This document shows, piece by piece, positions 42,270 to 55,753 of a DNA stretch of 64,000 bases. The position numbers and the translations under genes are program-made. Every line of letters starts with the position of its first letter. Position 1 is the stretch's first letter. The stretch lies in the NCBI GenBank assembly GCA_002269645.1, contig NIVC01002993.1:75451-139450 (forward strand), read 5' to 3'. The notes below the pieces were generated by a model, which was given only the letters and a program-made list of their open reading frames with translations, searched no databases and was not told the DNA's origin. Source of the stretch: Macrostomum lignano (taxonomy: Eukaryota).

Positions 42270-44412
42270 GGGGAGATATAGGAGAGGAGAGATATAGAAG
42301 ACACAGGGGGATATAGAGGACACAGGAGATAATAGAGGACACAGGGAAGATAATAGGGGACACAGGGGGAGATAATAGGAGACACAGGGGAGATAATAGG
42401 GGACACAGGGGAGATATAGAGGACACAGGGGAGATATAGAGGACACATGCGAGATATAGAGGAGACATGGGAAATATAGAGGACACAGGGCCAGGGAGAT
42501 AATAGGGGACACAGGGGGAGATATAGAGGACACAGGGGAGATAATAGGGGACACAGGGGAGATAATAGAGAACACAGGGGAGATATAGAGGACATGGGAG
42601 ATAATAGGGGACACAGGAGATGAAAGACGACACAGGGAAGATAATAGGGGACACAGGGAAGATAATAGGGGACACAGGGGAGATAATAGGAGACACAGGG
42701 GAGATAATAGGGGACACAGGGGAGATAATAGGGGACACAGGGGAGATATAGAGGTCACAGGGGAGATATAGAGGACACAGGGGAGATAATAGGGGACACA
42801 GGGGAGATATAGAGGACACAGGGGAGATATAGAGGACACATGCGAGATATAGAGGAGACATGGGAAATATAGAGGACACAGGGCCAGGGAGATAATAGGG
42901 GACACAGGGTGAGATATAGAGGACACAGGGGAGATAATAGGGGACACAGGGGAGATAATAGAGAACACAGGGGAGATATAGAGGACATGGGAGATAATAG
43001 GGGACACAGGAGATGAAAGACGACACAGGGAAGATAATAGGGGACACAGGGAAGATAATAGGGGACACAGGGGAGATAATAGGAGACACAGGGGAGATAA
43101 TAGGGGACACAGGGGAGATAATAGGGGACACAGGGGAGATATAGAGGTCACAGGGGAGATATAGAGGACACAGGGGAGATATAGAGGACACAGGGGAGAT
43201 ATAGAGGACACAGGGGAGATATAGAGGACACAAGGGAGATATAGAGGACACAGGGGAGATATAGAGGACACAAGGGAGATATAGAGGACACAGGGGAGAT
43301 ATAGAGGACACAGGGGAGATATAGAGGACACAGGGGAGATATAGAGGACACAGGGAGATATAGAGGACACAAGGGAGATATAGAGGACACAAGGGAGATA
43401 TAGAGGACACAGGGGAGATATAGAGGACACAAGGGAGATATAGAGGACACAGGGGAGATATAGAGGACACAGGGGAGATATAGAGGACACAGGGGAGATA
43501 TAGAGGACACAGGGGAGATATAGAGGACACAAGGGAGATATAGAGGACACAGGGGAGATATAGAGGACACAAGGGAGATATAGAGGACACAGAGGAGATA
43601 TAGAGGACACAGGGGAGATATAGAGGACACAGGGGAGATATAGAGGACACAAGGAAGATATAGAGGACACAGGGGAGATATAGAGGACACAGGGGAGATA
43701 TAGAGGACACAAGGGAGATATAGAGGACACAGAGGAGATATAGAGGACACAAGGGAGATATAGAGGACACAGGGGAGATATAGAGGACACAGGGGAGATA
43801 CCAGAGGACACATGGGAGATATAGAGGACACAGGGGAGATATAGAGGACACAGGGGAGATATAGAGGACACAGGGGAGATATAGAGGACACAGGGGAGAT
43901 ATAGAGGACACAAGGAAGATATAGAGGACACAGGGGAGATATAGAGGACACAGGGGAGATATAGAGGAAACAGGGGAGATATAGAGGACACAGGGGAGAT
44001 ATAGAGGACACAGGGGAGATATAGAGGACACAGGGGAGATATAGAGGACACAAGGGAGATATAGAGGACACAGGGGAGATATAGAGGACACAGGGGAGAT
44101 ATAGAGGACACAGGGGAGATATAGAAGACACAAGGGAGATATAGAGGACACAGGGGAGATATAGAGGACACAAGGGAGATATAGAGGACACAGGGGAGAT
44201 ATAGAGGACACAGGGGAGATATAGAGGACACAGGGGAGATATAGAGGACACAGGGGAGATATAGAGGACACAGGGGAGATATAGAGGACACAGGGGAGAT
44301 ATAGAGGACACAGGGGAGATATAGAGGACACAGGGGAGATATAGAGGACACAGGGGAGATATAGAGGACACAGGGGAGATATAGAGGACACAGGGGAGAT
44401 ATAGAGGAAACA
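42270..44412. repeat. 20/21-bp GA-rich minisatellite
   Basis: caggggagatatagaggaca units, with a ~390-bp higher-order duplication at 42.3-43.1 kb. Confidence 0.92.
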
Positions 44413-44621
44413 GAGAATACCGAAACCAGAAAATTCCTGATGGAACGGTGCAATAGTTTTTTTGAAAATCAGTTGAGCCCATTTGTTCTAAAAAATGAGT
44501 CGCATACCTGCCTAGATGGATAGAAACATTTCATTTTAGTATGCTGGATAAATAGAGAAGAGAGACCAGAAGAGCAACTTAAAAGCACAAACATCAGACG
44601 CTATAGAATACTCAAGCTTAC

Positions 44622-44825
44622 CTGAAACACTGGCGACCGAGCCGACAGCACCGATTTGTGGGCGCGCAATTCGGCGCCGTTGGCGCCAACGCACAGGGCA
44701 ACATCGGCGTGAAGGCCGCGCTCAAGCAGCTGGGACAGCTCCTCGGCTAGGCGGCAGTCTGGCACGCGGACTGGCTGGGCGTTCGACTGGCCGGAGACGT
44801 TCTGCGTCTCGCCTACCACCGACAC
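44622..44825 (-). CDS. SPOP: SPOP exon (linker and start of BTB)
   Basis: TGCAG|GTG acceptor. VSVVGETQNVSGQSN...VPDCRLAEEL...LRAHKSVLSARSPVFQ. CAG|GTAAG donor. Confidence 0.95.
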
Positions 44826-45061
44826 CTGCACGACGCAACAGAAATGAAAAACAAAAAGACTTACAAGCCAGTTAAAATCACATACCTATACAGTATAGCT
44901 AAAATTTCAGCTACAGAGACTCAGTTCCCAATACTGTATTGAATTTAATCTAAGGCGCTAGCAGAACAAATTCAATGAATTAGTAATGAGCATATAGTCG
45001 AGTACGGTAAAGTACAACAGAGTGCTTTTAGTAAATCCTAGCAATTTTAATTCCCACTTCA

Positions 45062-47662
45062 CAAACTACAGAATGTTCACAATCCTGAATGTTCACAATC
45101 TAGAATCTTCACGATTTAGAATCTTCACAATCTAGAATCTTCACGATTTAGAATCTTCACGATTTAGAATCTTCACAATCTAGAATCTTCACGATTTAGA
45201 ATCTTCACGATTTAGAATCTTCACAATCTAGAATCTTCACGATTTAGAATCTTCACAATCTAGAATCTTCACGATTTAGAATCTTCACGATTTAGAATCT
45301 TCACAATCTAGAATCTTCACGATTTAGAATCTTCACGATTTAGAATCTTCACAATCTAGAATCTTCACGATTTAGAATCTTCACAATCAAGAATCTTCAC
45401 GATTTAGAACCTTCACGATTTAGAATCTTCACAATCTAGAATCTTCACGATTTAGAATCTTCACGATTTAGAATCTTCACAATCTAGAATCTTCACAAAC
45501 TAGAATCTTCACAATCTAGAATCTTCACAAACTAGAATCTTCACAATCTAGAATCTTCACGATTTAGAATCTTTACTATTTAGAATCTTCTCAATCTAGA
45601 ATCTTCACAATCTAGAATATTCACAAACTAGAATATTCACAAACTAGAATCTTCACAATCTAGAATCTTCACAAACTAGAATCTTCACAATCTAGAATCT
45701 TCACAATCTAGAATCTTCATAATCTAGAATCTTCACAATCTAGAATCTTCACAATCTATAATCTTCACAAACTATAATCTTCACAAACTAGAATCTTCAC
45801 AATCTAGAATCTTCACAAACTAGAATCTTCACAATCTAGAATCTTCACAATCTAGAATCTTCACAATCTAGAATCTTCACAATCTATAATCTTCACAAAC
45901 TAGAATCTTCACAATCTAGAATCTTCACATCTAGAATCTTCACAAACTAGAATCTTCACAATCTAGAATCTTCACAAACTAGAATCTTCACAATCTATAA
46001 TCTTCACAAACTAGAATCTTCACCATCTAGAATCTTCACAAACTAGAATCTTCACCATCTAGAATCTTCACAATCTATAATCTTCACAAACTAGAATCTT
46101 CACAATCTAGAATCTTCACCATCTAGAATCTTCACAATCTAGAATCTTCACAATCTAGAATCTTCACAATCTATAATCTTCACAAACTAGAATCTTCACA
46201 TCTAGAATCTTCACAATCTATAATCTTCACAAACTAGAATCTTCACAATCTATAATCTTCACAAACTAGAATCTTCACCATCTAGAATCTTCACAATCTA
46301 GAATCTTCACAAACTAGAATCTTCACCATCTAGAATCTTCACAAACTAGAATCTTCACCATCTAGAATCTTCACAATCTATAATCTTTACAAACTAGAAT
46401 CTCCACAAACTAGAATCTTCACAAACTATAATCTTAACAAACTAGAATCTTCACAATCTAGAATCTTCACAATCTATAATCTTCACAAACTAGAATCTTC
46501 ACAAACTAGAATCTTCACAATCTAGAATCTTCACAAACTAGAATCTTCACCATCTAAAATCTTCACAAACTAGAATCTTCACAATCTAGAATCTTCACAA
46601 TCTAGAATCTTCACAATCTAGAATTTTTACAATCTAGAATCTTCACAAACTAGAATCTTCACAATCTAGAATCTTCACAAACTAGAATCTTCACAAACTA
46701 GAATCTTCACAATCTAGAATCTTCACAATCTAGAATCTTCACAATCTAGAATCTTCACAAACTAGAATCTTCACAATCTAGAATCTTCACAAACTAGAAT
46801 CTTCACAATCTAGAATCTTCACAAACTAGAATCTTCACAATCTAGAATCTTCACAATCTAGAATCTTCACAAACTAGAATCTTCACAATCTAGAATCTTC
46901 ACAATCTAGAATCTTCACAAACTAGAATCTTCACAATCTAGAATCTTCACAATCTAGAATCTTCACAAACTAGAATCTTCACAATCTAGAATCTTCACAA
47001 TCTAGAATCTTCACAATCTAGAATCTTCACAATCTAGAATCTTCACAAACTAGAATCTTCACAAACTAGAATCTTCACAATCTAGAATCTTCACAATCTA
47101 GAATCTTCACAATCTAGAATCCTCACAATCTAGAATCTTTACAATCTATAATCTTCACAAACTAGAATCTTCACAATCTAGAATCTTCACCATCTAGAAT
47201 CTTCACAATCTAGAATCTTCACAAACTAGAATCTTCACAATCTAGAATCTTCACAATCTAGAATCTTCACAATCTAGAATCCTCACAATCTAGAATCTTC
47301 ACAAACTAGAATCTTCACAATCTAGAATCTTCATAATCTAGAATCTTTACAATCTAGAATCTTCACAAACTAGAATCTTCACAATCTAGAATCTTCACAA
47401 TCTAGAATCTTTACAATCTATAATCTTCACAAACTAGAATCTTCACAATCTAGAATCTTCACCATCTAGAATCTTCACAATCTAGAATCTTCACAAACTA
47501 GAATCTTCACAATCTAGAATCTTTACAATCTAGAATCTTCACAATCTAGAATACTCACAATCTAGAATCTTTACAATCTAGAATCTTCACAATCTAGAAT
47601 CTTCACAATCTAGAATCTTCACAATCTAGAATACTCACAATCTAGAATCTTTACAATCTAGA
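45062..47662. repeat. 16-bp minisatellite
   Basis: tctagaatcttcacaa units. Confidence 0.95.
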
Positions 47663-48191
47663 CCCTGCACAAACTAGACATCGGGGTCTTTCTATACTTT
47701 TTACGTCTTTAACAATACTTCACGGCGATTTGAATAATCGCGCTAATTTAAAAAAAACACTGAACAAAGCAGATGCGGCAAGCGCAATAAACTTCGTTAC
47801 AGCCAGGCCAGTGCACCGGCGCAATTTATTATTATTGACCTATTTACGAGTAGTTATAAGCATGTTTATGCATATTATGAATATATTATTACTGTGCACT
47901 TGAGCTGAATTAGCTGAATAGAGGAGTTGCACCGTTGGGTTTATGGGGGTCTCGTATAAAGGAATGCTAATGCGGTGCAGGCTGGGAATGCGCAGAAAGG
48001 AGATTATATATGTATAATTATTATATAACAGACAACTATTTACTGCGCAGGTTGCATAAATGAATGTCGCACTTACAATAGCAGCTGCGCTGCGCACTAA
48101 ATTTTCTTTTTTACAATTTTATCCCGCGTTTGTGCGTTCAACGAGCACAGAAATTGATTTTCTATTCGTTTTCTCCCGCGGCTAAGCTCGT

Positions 48192-48447
48192 TTTCTGACC
48201 GCCAACTAGCGACACTTTCCGTCCAATCTTCTGACCGCCAACTAGCGACACTTTCCGTCCAATCTTCTGACCGCCAACTAGCGACACTTTCCGTCCAATC
48301 TTCTGACCGCCCACTAGCGACACTTTCCGTCCAATCTTCTGACCGCCCACTAGCGACACTTTCCGTCCAATCTTCTGACCGCCCACTAGCGACACTTTCC
48401 GTCCAATCTTCTGACCGCCAACTAGCGACACTTTCCGTCCAATCTTC
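48192..48447. repeat. 36-bp minisatellite, about 7 copies
   Basis: tctgaccgccaactagcgacactttccgtccaatct. Confidence 0.9.
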
Positions 48448-48659
48448 TATGCGACTTTGCTCTCCCCTCTGAAACATCCCACTCTACCACTACTATCCTA
48501 CTCTATCACTCTACTATCCTACTCTATCACTCTACTATCCTACTCTATCACTCTACTATCCTACTCTATCACTACTATCCCGCTCTCCAGATCTTCCTAA
48601 TCCTCGACTCTACTTTACAATCCATTAACTTTACTTCCTAATCCCCGCTTTACTTCCAA

Positions 48660-49001
48660 TCCAAATCTCCAACTGCACTTCCCAATCTCTCGCTTTACTT
48701 CCCAATCTCTCGCTCCACTTCCCAATCTCCCACTCTACTTCCCTAATCTCCCGCTCTACTTCCCAATCTCCCGCTCCACTTCCCAATCTCCCGCTCCACT
48801 TCCCAATCTCCCCTTCTACTTCCCAATCTCCCGCTCTACTTCCCAATCTCCCACTCCATTTCCTAATCTCCCGCTCCACTTCCCAATCTCCCACTCTACT
48901 TACTTTCCAATCTCCCGCTCCACTTCCCAATCTCCCGCTCCACTTCCCAATCTCCCGCTCCACTTCCCAATCTCCCGCTCCACTTCCCAATCTCCCGCTC
49001 C
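48660..49001. repeat. 20-bp minisatellite next to a SPOP donor
   Basis: cacttcccaatctcccgctc units. Confidence 0.88.
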
Positions 49002-49015
49002 AATCCCCAGCTCAC

Positions 49016-49143
49016 CTCGCAGTGAATGGTCAGCCGATCGTCCGGCAACAGGCCATTAGTTTCGTCCATAAGGAAGTCGCGCCGGATAAACTTCTTGAAG
49101 CCCCAATCTTTGCCCTGGATGAATCGATAGGCTCGCTGGCTCT
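49016..49143 (-). CDS. SPOP: SPOP exon (end of MATH)
   Basis: AACAG|AG acceptor. [46 protein letters not shown]|GTGAG donor. Confidence 0.96.
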
Positions 49144-49229
49144 CTGTTGTAAACAGATTAAAGAGTTTCTTTCTCAAACAAATTATGAGCTGGCTTAGGA
49201 GTATGGGGCAGTAAGTGGGCCAAACTCAC

Positions 49230-49384
49230 CCATGGCTTTAGTCTCCTCGCGTTTGGCATTTAATAAAGAGAATTTAAATTTGGCGCGTACTTCATTTTTA
49301 CTGCCGCAACTGACTAGCAGAAGGTACAGCGACAGGTAGTCCTTGCTCTCCTCGTCTAAGCCTTTTGGATTGATGCGAAGGCAC
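49230..49384 (-). CDS. SPOP: SPOP exon (MATH)
   Basis: TCCAG|G acceptor. [26 protein letters not shown]...[22 protein letters not shown]|GTGAG donor. Confidence 0.96.
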
Positions 49385-52300
49385 CTGGAAATTAATAAGA
49401 GAGACAAAAGGGCGGTGTTCAATACTCGCAGGATCACAGAAATTACACGAGGCCCTTTATTAACGAAAACAAAATCAGGGAAAGGTTATCAGAGGCGACC
49501 AGACATTTTTTAAATTAAAATCTGCGCCTGAACAGATTCCTGGACAACTAACAGATTAGGAATTAATTCTGGATTGGAAACGAGACTTCACTAATCTGCT
49601 TATGGATTGCTGCCCAGAATGTAATGCAATAAACTATTTCAATATTGAAAAGCCACGATAGCTTACAGACAGATAGGCAGAAAGACACAAAAGCAATTTT
49701 TTCTTGATTTGAAAATTTGCCATCTTTTGTTCAATAATTTAACACGCATCACACCTTGACAAATGAGAGTCTTATTTGATATACGAGTGGAGCAAAGCCA
49801 GACACGCACACTAGAGTAGAACCCAGCTTAAAAGCGCTGGATCCTTGCGGCAGCAATTCACAAAGGACACTGGCGGGCTGACAAATTTGAAGAAGAAAAA
49901 ACGAAATGAGTTTTCTGTGTCCTCTCTTGTCTGTTGTCTTTATTAGGCCTTAAGGCATCCCAAATAGGTGTTTGCACTTTAAGCGACATAGGCACACAAC
50001 CGGCGAGAGGCATTGCTGCCCATTCCGCCGACTCCCCTGAGCAGACACACAAGCGCGCGGATACGTACGCAGTGACACGCACAGGCACACACACACAGCG
50101 GCCCTAACTTTATTTATCGTTAGGCATGTACACTTCACTGTGCCTTGGGGGTTGGCCCTCAAGGGCGTTAATTGCACGAGCAGAGTCAAGCCGAGATTCC
50201 AATTTAGCCACAAATTAATGCGACTGCACTTGGAATCGAGCCTGGGCCGCTGGGACATCAGAGCCTGCGCTAGACCACTGGGCTACGGACCCGTTATCCT
50301 ACCGTTAATAGTAATAAATTATTAGTAATAAGTTCTTAAAAATACGCACATACTAGAAAATACAGACAAAAATACATAAATTTTTCACCTCTATATGTAT
50401 TTGACGCATGCACGTACCTAGTATTTAAATGGCCTATATGGAAGTGGATGGAAACAGAGGGATAAGCTTAAGAAAGAGCGCAGAGAAAGCAGCTGAGTCG
50501 CTGAGAAATCACCAATTAAATGCGGAGGCAGCAAAATCAGCAAAATCAGCCAAATAATTTTATACCAAAATTGAAAAAACGAGACTTTGAAATTAAAATA
50601 GCAGGTGCAGATTGCTCAATCTTGCACAAAGAAATAATTTTAAGAATGCTTTACAGTCTTACCATCTTTTATTTAATAAAGAACTCTGATAATACACAAT
50701 AGCATTTTAATAGCAGACAACGATCAAAAATTTCTAGCGGAATTTTTTCGAGATTTTTTACTGCTGCATAAATATTGAAATTCTGCAAATTTTCTAATGA
50801 AACTCGTGCCAGTGTTAAAAAACTATTTATTCAGCCCCAAAAATTGGTTCTGTAATTCCGATTGCAGAAAGTGTAAGGTCTCTCCACCAATCTTGCCAAG
50901 CTATTTTTAGGCAAACGAACTGTCCTGGTCTGGTCCGGATGGGCACCAGTTTGTGGTTGGGGGTTTGTCACTTCCATGTCCTCTAGTGCTCCCTGCTCTG
51001 GGCCACGGAGTTCTGGATATAACTGTTTAAGCTATAGACGAGAATATATATATATGCTATACCAGGAACTCTGTGTCTGGGCTAGTTGAAGAAAGCCACG
51101 CGACAGACCACCCGCAGGGCCGCCGCCCGCCCCATGAAATTGAGTTTAGAAGAACGAACGCAAGGTTTTGTGTAAACAGAATCAAGCGACTAAAAAAAGC
51201 ACTGGATGACATTAGATGGAAGCGATTCTAAAGTACTACTAAAACACATTTTAAGCCCCCGGGCCCCCTCCCAAGCGTCAAGAGATAGCATGCGTGTGGA
51301 GATGAGTTGAGGAGAGGAGAATAAAGGGGAAGTTAATCCCTCGTATTCATAGAATTATATGATTGAGTCTTACTACGATGTAACCATATAACTTGTTAGC
51401 GTCATACTTCTCAAACTTATCTCAGCAAGAGGATCAACCAATGCCGACAGTCTGAGTTTACTTCTGCACAGTTTCTACAATGAGGGGCTCAAGCTAGTCC
51501 ACTATACTAAATATCTACTAAGCCCTATTAATTTCGCATTAGGTCAGGACAGCAGAGGCAGTGCTGATACTAGGGAATGAGTCTTACTACGATATAGCAT
51601 TATAAATTGTTAGCGTCACAACATAAATCCTTAACTTGTCTAAGGTATCAACTAATGTCGAGAGTCTCTGTAAATCCCCCCGGGGGCTCAAGCCAGTCAA
51701 CTATACTAAATATCTACTAAGCCCTATTAATAGCACACCAAGGACAGCATGCGTGTCAGCTAAGGTAATAGACGTCAGTAGCAAGCTTCCCGATTCTCTA
51801 TCACCCTTCACTGCGCCCCCTTGTCATCGTTTCTTACTGACTCCGTTCTTTTCTTCTCTGGCTTGCGCAGTCTAAATCCCTCAAAAAAGTTTTCCAGGCC
51901 AGGCGCTGTCCCCACGCCCGCGACCCCAGAAACACAGTCGGCGACTCTGCTTCACCCTTTCCCCTCTTCCCTTCTGCTGCTATATCTGAGGCCAACTCGT
52001 GGCCTTACGCACTAGCCAGATCATCCACGCCAGTGTAGGGGGTGAGGAAGGTCGACACAGACAGATCGGAGCTGTTCGGGGTCACACACGAGGGCACGCG
52101 GGTGGGTAGCCGCCTTAGTTTTCTTCTCCGCACTCTCCTCCTCTCTGTCTCTTTCTCTTGCTTCCTTTGTTGTGATTATCCTCCAACTGATCCCGCGTGA
52201 ACCCCATGCCCCCAGCCTGCCCTTTCAGGCCAGTTTATGCGCACTGAACTCGGCAGTGCACTATTTTACTATAACAAAAATCGGTTATATACTTTAATTT

Positions 52301-52419
52301 ACATAGCCGGAACATACAAAACCAACCAACAATCCTACTGGCCTTATAAATAAATAAATAAAAATTGCAGAAATCTGACCGCTGCGTCTTTGGCGAAATC
52401 GTTCAACAAGCAGTTTTAA

Positions 52420-52625
52420 GGCAATTCTGCCCATTCCGCTAACTCCCTGAGCACATTCAAGCGCAAATACTGTACGCAGGCACACACTCATACACACGTC
52501 CACACAGGGTGTACAGCGGCTCTGAATTTCTAATCGTCAGACATGTACACTCCGTGTGCATTGGGGCTGGCCCTCATGGCTGTGAATCGAAGCCGGGGTC
52601 GTGGCACGAGAGCCAGAGTCATGTT
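52420..52625 (+). mobile_element. Unclassified short interspersed repeat (reference copy)
   Basis: Shared core gtgtacagcgg...ttctaatcgtcagacatgtacac...ggggctggccctca also seen at ~6685-6905, ~9745-9890 (rev), ~50010-50270, ~58745-58830, ~59860-60005 (rev) and, complemented, ~4329-4410. Confidence 0.75.
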
Positions 52626-53593
52626 TAATATTGAGTAACTCGGCCTTGTGACGTGTATGTCCTTTGTCAATCAAAACTATTGACTGTTCTGGATCGATGT
52701 ACATTTTACCAAGTAGTACTGTATCTTGCGCATATAGTGAGCATGAAAATTCACACTATATTGACGATACTATCTTACTGACTGTATTTTAATGCCAGTA
52801 TTAAGCCCAATCCACAATGGCAGGTTCTTTTCGGCGAAAATACCTTGACTTTGTCTGCATGTCATTTTCATTGCAGTTAAGCGACTTTACGAAGCGAAAC
52901 CCAATCAAGAACCTGTAAGCCACAGAGTTTCGATGCATGACAGAAAGGAAGGGGAAGTCGGTGAATAAATTAGGACAACAAGACGAGGGGAAAAGAGAGA
53001 GAAAGATTTTGGCGCAAAGTCAAGGACACGCGAGGACAGGATGGACCGGAGGAGTGAATCGCAATCGAGGTCACAAGGATGCGATGCCGAACCCCTCCCA
53101 GAGGGAGTTTAACTATATATGACATGATATAAAATTTGAACCCATTTTTTCCCCTACAAATCAGTCCATTCCACCGACGCCTCTCTCTACTATGTGCCTC
53201 CGTAGCTCTAATCTTGCATGCACTTTTACAAACTCTGCTTTCTCGAAAAAAATAAACGTACATGTGTACGCGTATGCTCACGCAAGAACGACAAACAATA
53301 AAAAAAGTTTAAATAAGGGCAGTCAAAAAAGACACCCGTAACCTACCCTAACACAGCAGTTTTTTCTTAGTTGCAATTCGCAAAAATCAATACTTATATT
53401 CTAGTTTAGCTAGTGCAAACTTGCTGAGCTCAGTTGCTACTCAGAAAACAAGACTAGAAATTTTATCTAACTCAGCAGCAACAAACAAGATGCACTTTTA
53501 ACCAGAAGCTCAATAAACAACCATTTTCTTCATCAGCAGTTCTTCATTACCCCATAAGCATATCGCTATTACCCCCACCAAGAGACAGTCATG

Positions 53594-53757
53594 ACCCCAT
53601 CAACAGATTATCATTACCCCATCAACAGATTATCATTACCCCATCAACAGATTGTCATTACATCAACAGATTGCCATTACCCCATCAACAGATTGTCAGT
53701 ACCCCATCAGCAGATCTTCATTATCCTATCAACAGATTGTCATTACCCCATCAGCAG
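53594..53757. repeat. ~22-bp minisatellite
   Basis: ccccatcaacagattatcatta variants. Confidence 0.8.
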
Positions 53758-53812
53758 ATCCTCTTCCATATACGCATATCAGTATACAATCAACAATTTC
53801 ATTACCACTTAC

Positions 53813-54108
53813 CATTTAAATTTGTCATTCGGTCCGGCAGAGAAAGTAGAGGATTTGAGTACTTCGCCCATCTCCTCCCGACAGAAGCTGAAATTATTGA
53901 TGCTCCACATGTAGGTGAACTTGGTCACTTTCACCTGGGTGTAGCACCAGTTCTCAGCAACCGGGGCGCCGCCAAGTTCAGGCGGCTGGCCGGGACTTCC
54001 CGGCCGGGACAGTGGCGGCCCGCCCGCGGAGCTCGGATCGTTAGTCGAATCTAGCATAGGCGGCAGACGCAAAGGCGGCGGCTGCGGCTCCATATTGGCC
54101 GACAGAGC
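53813..54108 (-). CDS. SPOP: SPOP exon (N-terminus and start of MATH domain)
   Basis: CCAAG|GCT acceptor. ...[55 protein letters not shown]|GTAAG donor. Confidence 0.95.
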
Positions 54109-54195
54109 CTTGGTTTGATAGAGCAACTTTGTTATTGTATAGCAATAAAGGGCCTCGTAGCGGAATTATTTAATTTAAAAAAATTCGCATCTCAA

Positions 54196-55385
54196 GATCT
54201 GGGAGAGTAGCGGCCCAGTCTGAGGATCTGGGAGTAGCGGCTCTGTCTGAGGATCTAGGAAAGTAGCGGCTCTGTCTGAGGATCTAGGAGAGTAGCGGCT
54301 CAGTCTGAGGATCTGTGACAGTAGTGGCTCAGTCTGAGGATCTGTGACAGTAGCGGCTCAGTCTGAGGATCTGTGACAGTAGCGGCTCAGTCTGAGGATC
54401 TGTGACAGTAGCGGCTCTGTCTGAGGATCTGGGAGAGTAGCGGCTCAGTCTGAGGATCTGAGAGAGTAGCGGCTCAGTCTAAGGATCTGGGTGAGTAGCG
54501 GCTCTGTCTGAGGATCTGTGACAGTAGCGGCTCTGTCTGAGGATCTGTGACAGTAGCGGCTCTGTCTGAGGATCTGGGAGAGTAGCGGCTCAGTCTAAGG
54601 ATCTGGGTGAGTAGCGGCTCTGTCTGAGGATCTGTGAGAGTAGCGGCCCGGTCTGAGGATCTGTGAGAGTAGCGGCCCGGTCTGGGGATCTGTGAGAGTA
54701 GCGGCCCGGTCTGGGGATCTGTGAGAGTAGCGGCCCAGTCTGAGGATCTGGGTGAGTAGCAACCCAGTCTGAGGATCTGTGAGAGTAGCGGCCCGGTCTG
54801 GGGATCTGTGAGAGTAGCGGCCCGGTCTGGGGATCTGTGAGAGTAGCGGCCCAGTCTGAGGATCCGGGTGAGTAGCAACCCAGTCTGAGGATCTGGGAGA
54901 GTAGCGGCTCAGTCTGAGGATCTGGGTGAGTAGCGGCCCAGTCTGAGGATCTAGCAGAGTAGCGGCCCAGTCTGAGGATCTAGGAGAGTAGCGACCCAGT
55001 CTGAGGATCTAGGAGAGTAGCGGCCCAGTCTGAGGATATAGGAGAGTAGCGGCCCAGTCTGAGGATCTAGCAGAGTAGCGGCCCAGTCTGAGGATCTAGG
55101 AGAGTAGCGACCCAGTCTGAGGATCTAGGAGAGTAGCGGCCCAGTCTGAGGATCTAGGAATATAGCGGCCCATTCTCAGGATCTGTGAGAGTAGCGGCCC
55201 ACTCTGAGGATCTGGGAGAGTAGCGGCCCAGTCTGAGGATCTGGGTGAGTAGCGGCTCAGTCTGAGGATCTGGGTGAGTAGCGGCCCAGTCTGAGGATCT
55301 GGGAGGGTAGCGGCCCAGTCTGTGGATCTAGGAGAGTAGCGGTCCAGTCCGAGGATCTAGGAGAGTAGCGGCCCAGTCTGAGGAT
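54196..55385. repeat. 29-bp minisatellite filling a SPOP intron
   Basis: gaggatctgtgagagtagcggcccagtct variants. Confidence 0.92.
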
Positions 55386-55441
55386 CAATAACTAAATAAA
55401 CAACACGAGGGCTACGATAAAGACAGACGGACCTGACTTAC

Positions 55442-55753
55442 CTGCGCTTGATGCAGCGGCTGCTGCTGCTGGTGATGATGATGAGGCTGATGCGGCGGAG
55501 GCTGTAGCTGCGGCTGGAGCGGCGGCGGCTCGGAACGATGGTGCGCCAGGCCGCTGTACAGGCTTGACAGCTGGTGCTGGTACTGCTGTTGGTGCTGAGG
55601 CTGGTAGTGGCTGTATTGACTGCCACTGCTGCGCTGGTGCTGCTGCTGTTGCTGATAAGAGTTCTGGTGCTGGGGCTGATGCTGAGGCTGCTGGGACTGC
55701 TGCAGAAGCTGCTGCTGCTGCTGTAGCTGGCCTAAAGACGAAGAGTCAGCCAC
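55442..55753 (-). CDS. SPOP: SPOP upstream Q/H/P-rich exon (start codon uncertain)
   Basis: Open polyQ/H frame with mixed CAG/CAA codons. Consensus donor GCGCAG|GTAAGT in phase 0, which fits the acceptor at 54108. No in-frame ATG; 55753 is a GTG. Confidence 0.6.

Noticed and set aside
42165-44482. 700+ aa Cys/Pro/Leu-rich ORFs
   Set aside because: A 20-bp array is open in all three minus-strand frames; it is intronic to SPOP.
51002-51077. Short imperfect inverted repeat (a similar one lies at ~59299-59365)
   Set aside because: Short, mismatched arms with no TSD or other support; probably TE remnants.
51360-51735. Diverged ~200-bp tandem duplication
   Set aside because: Ordinary old intronic duplication with no coding or structural signal.
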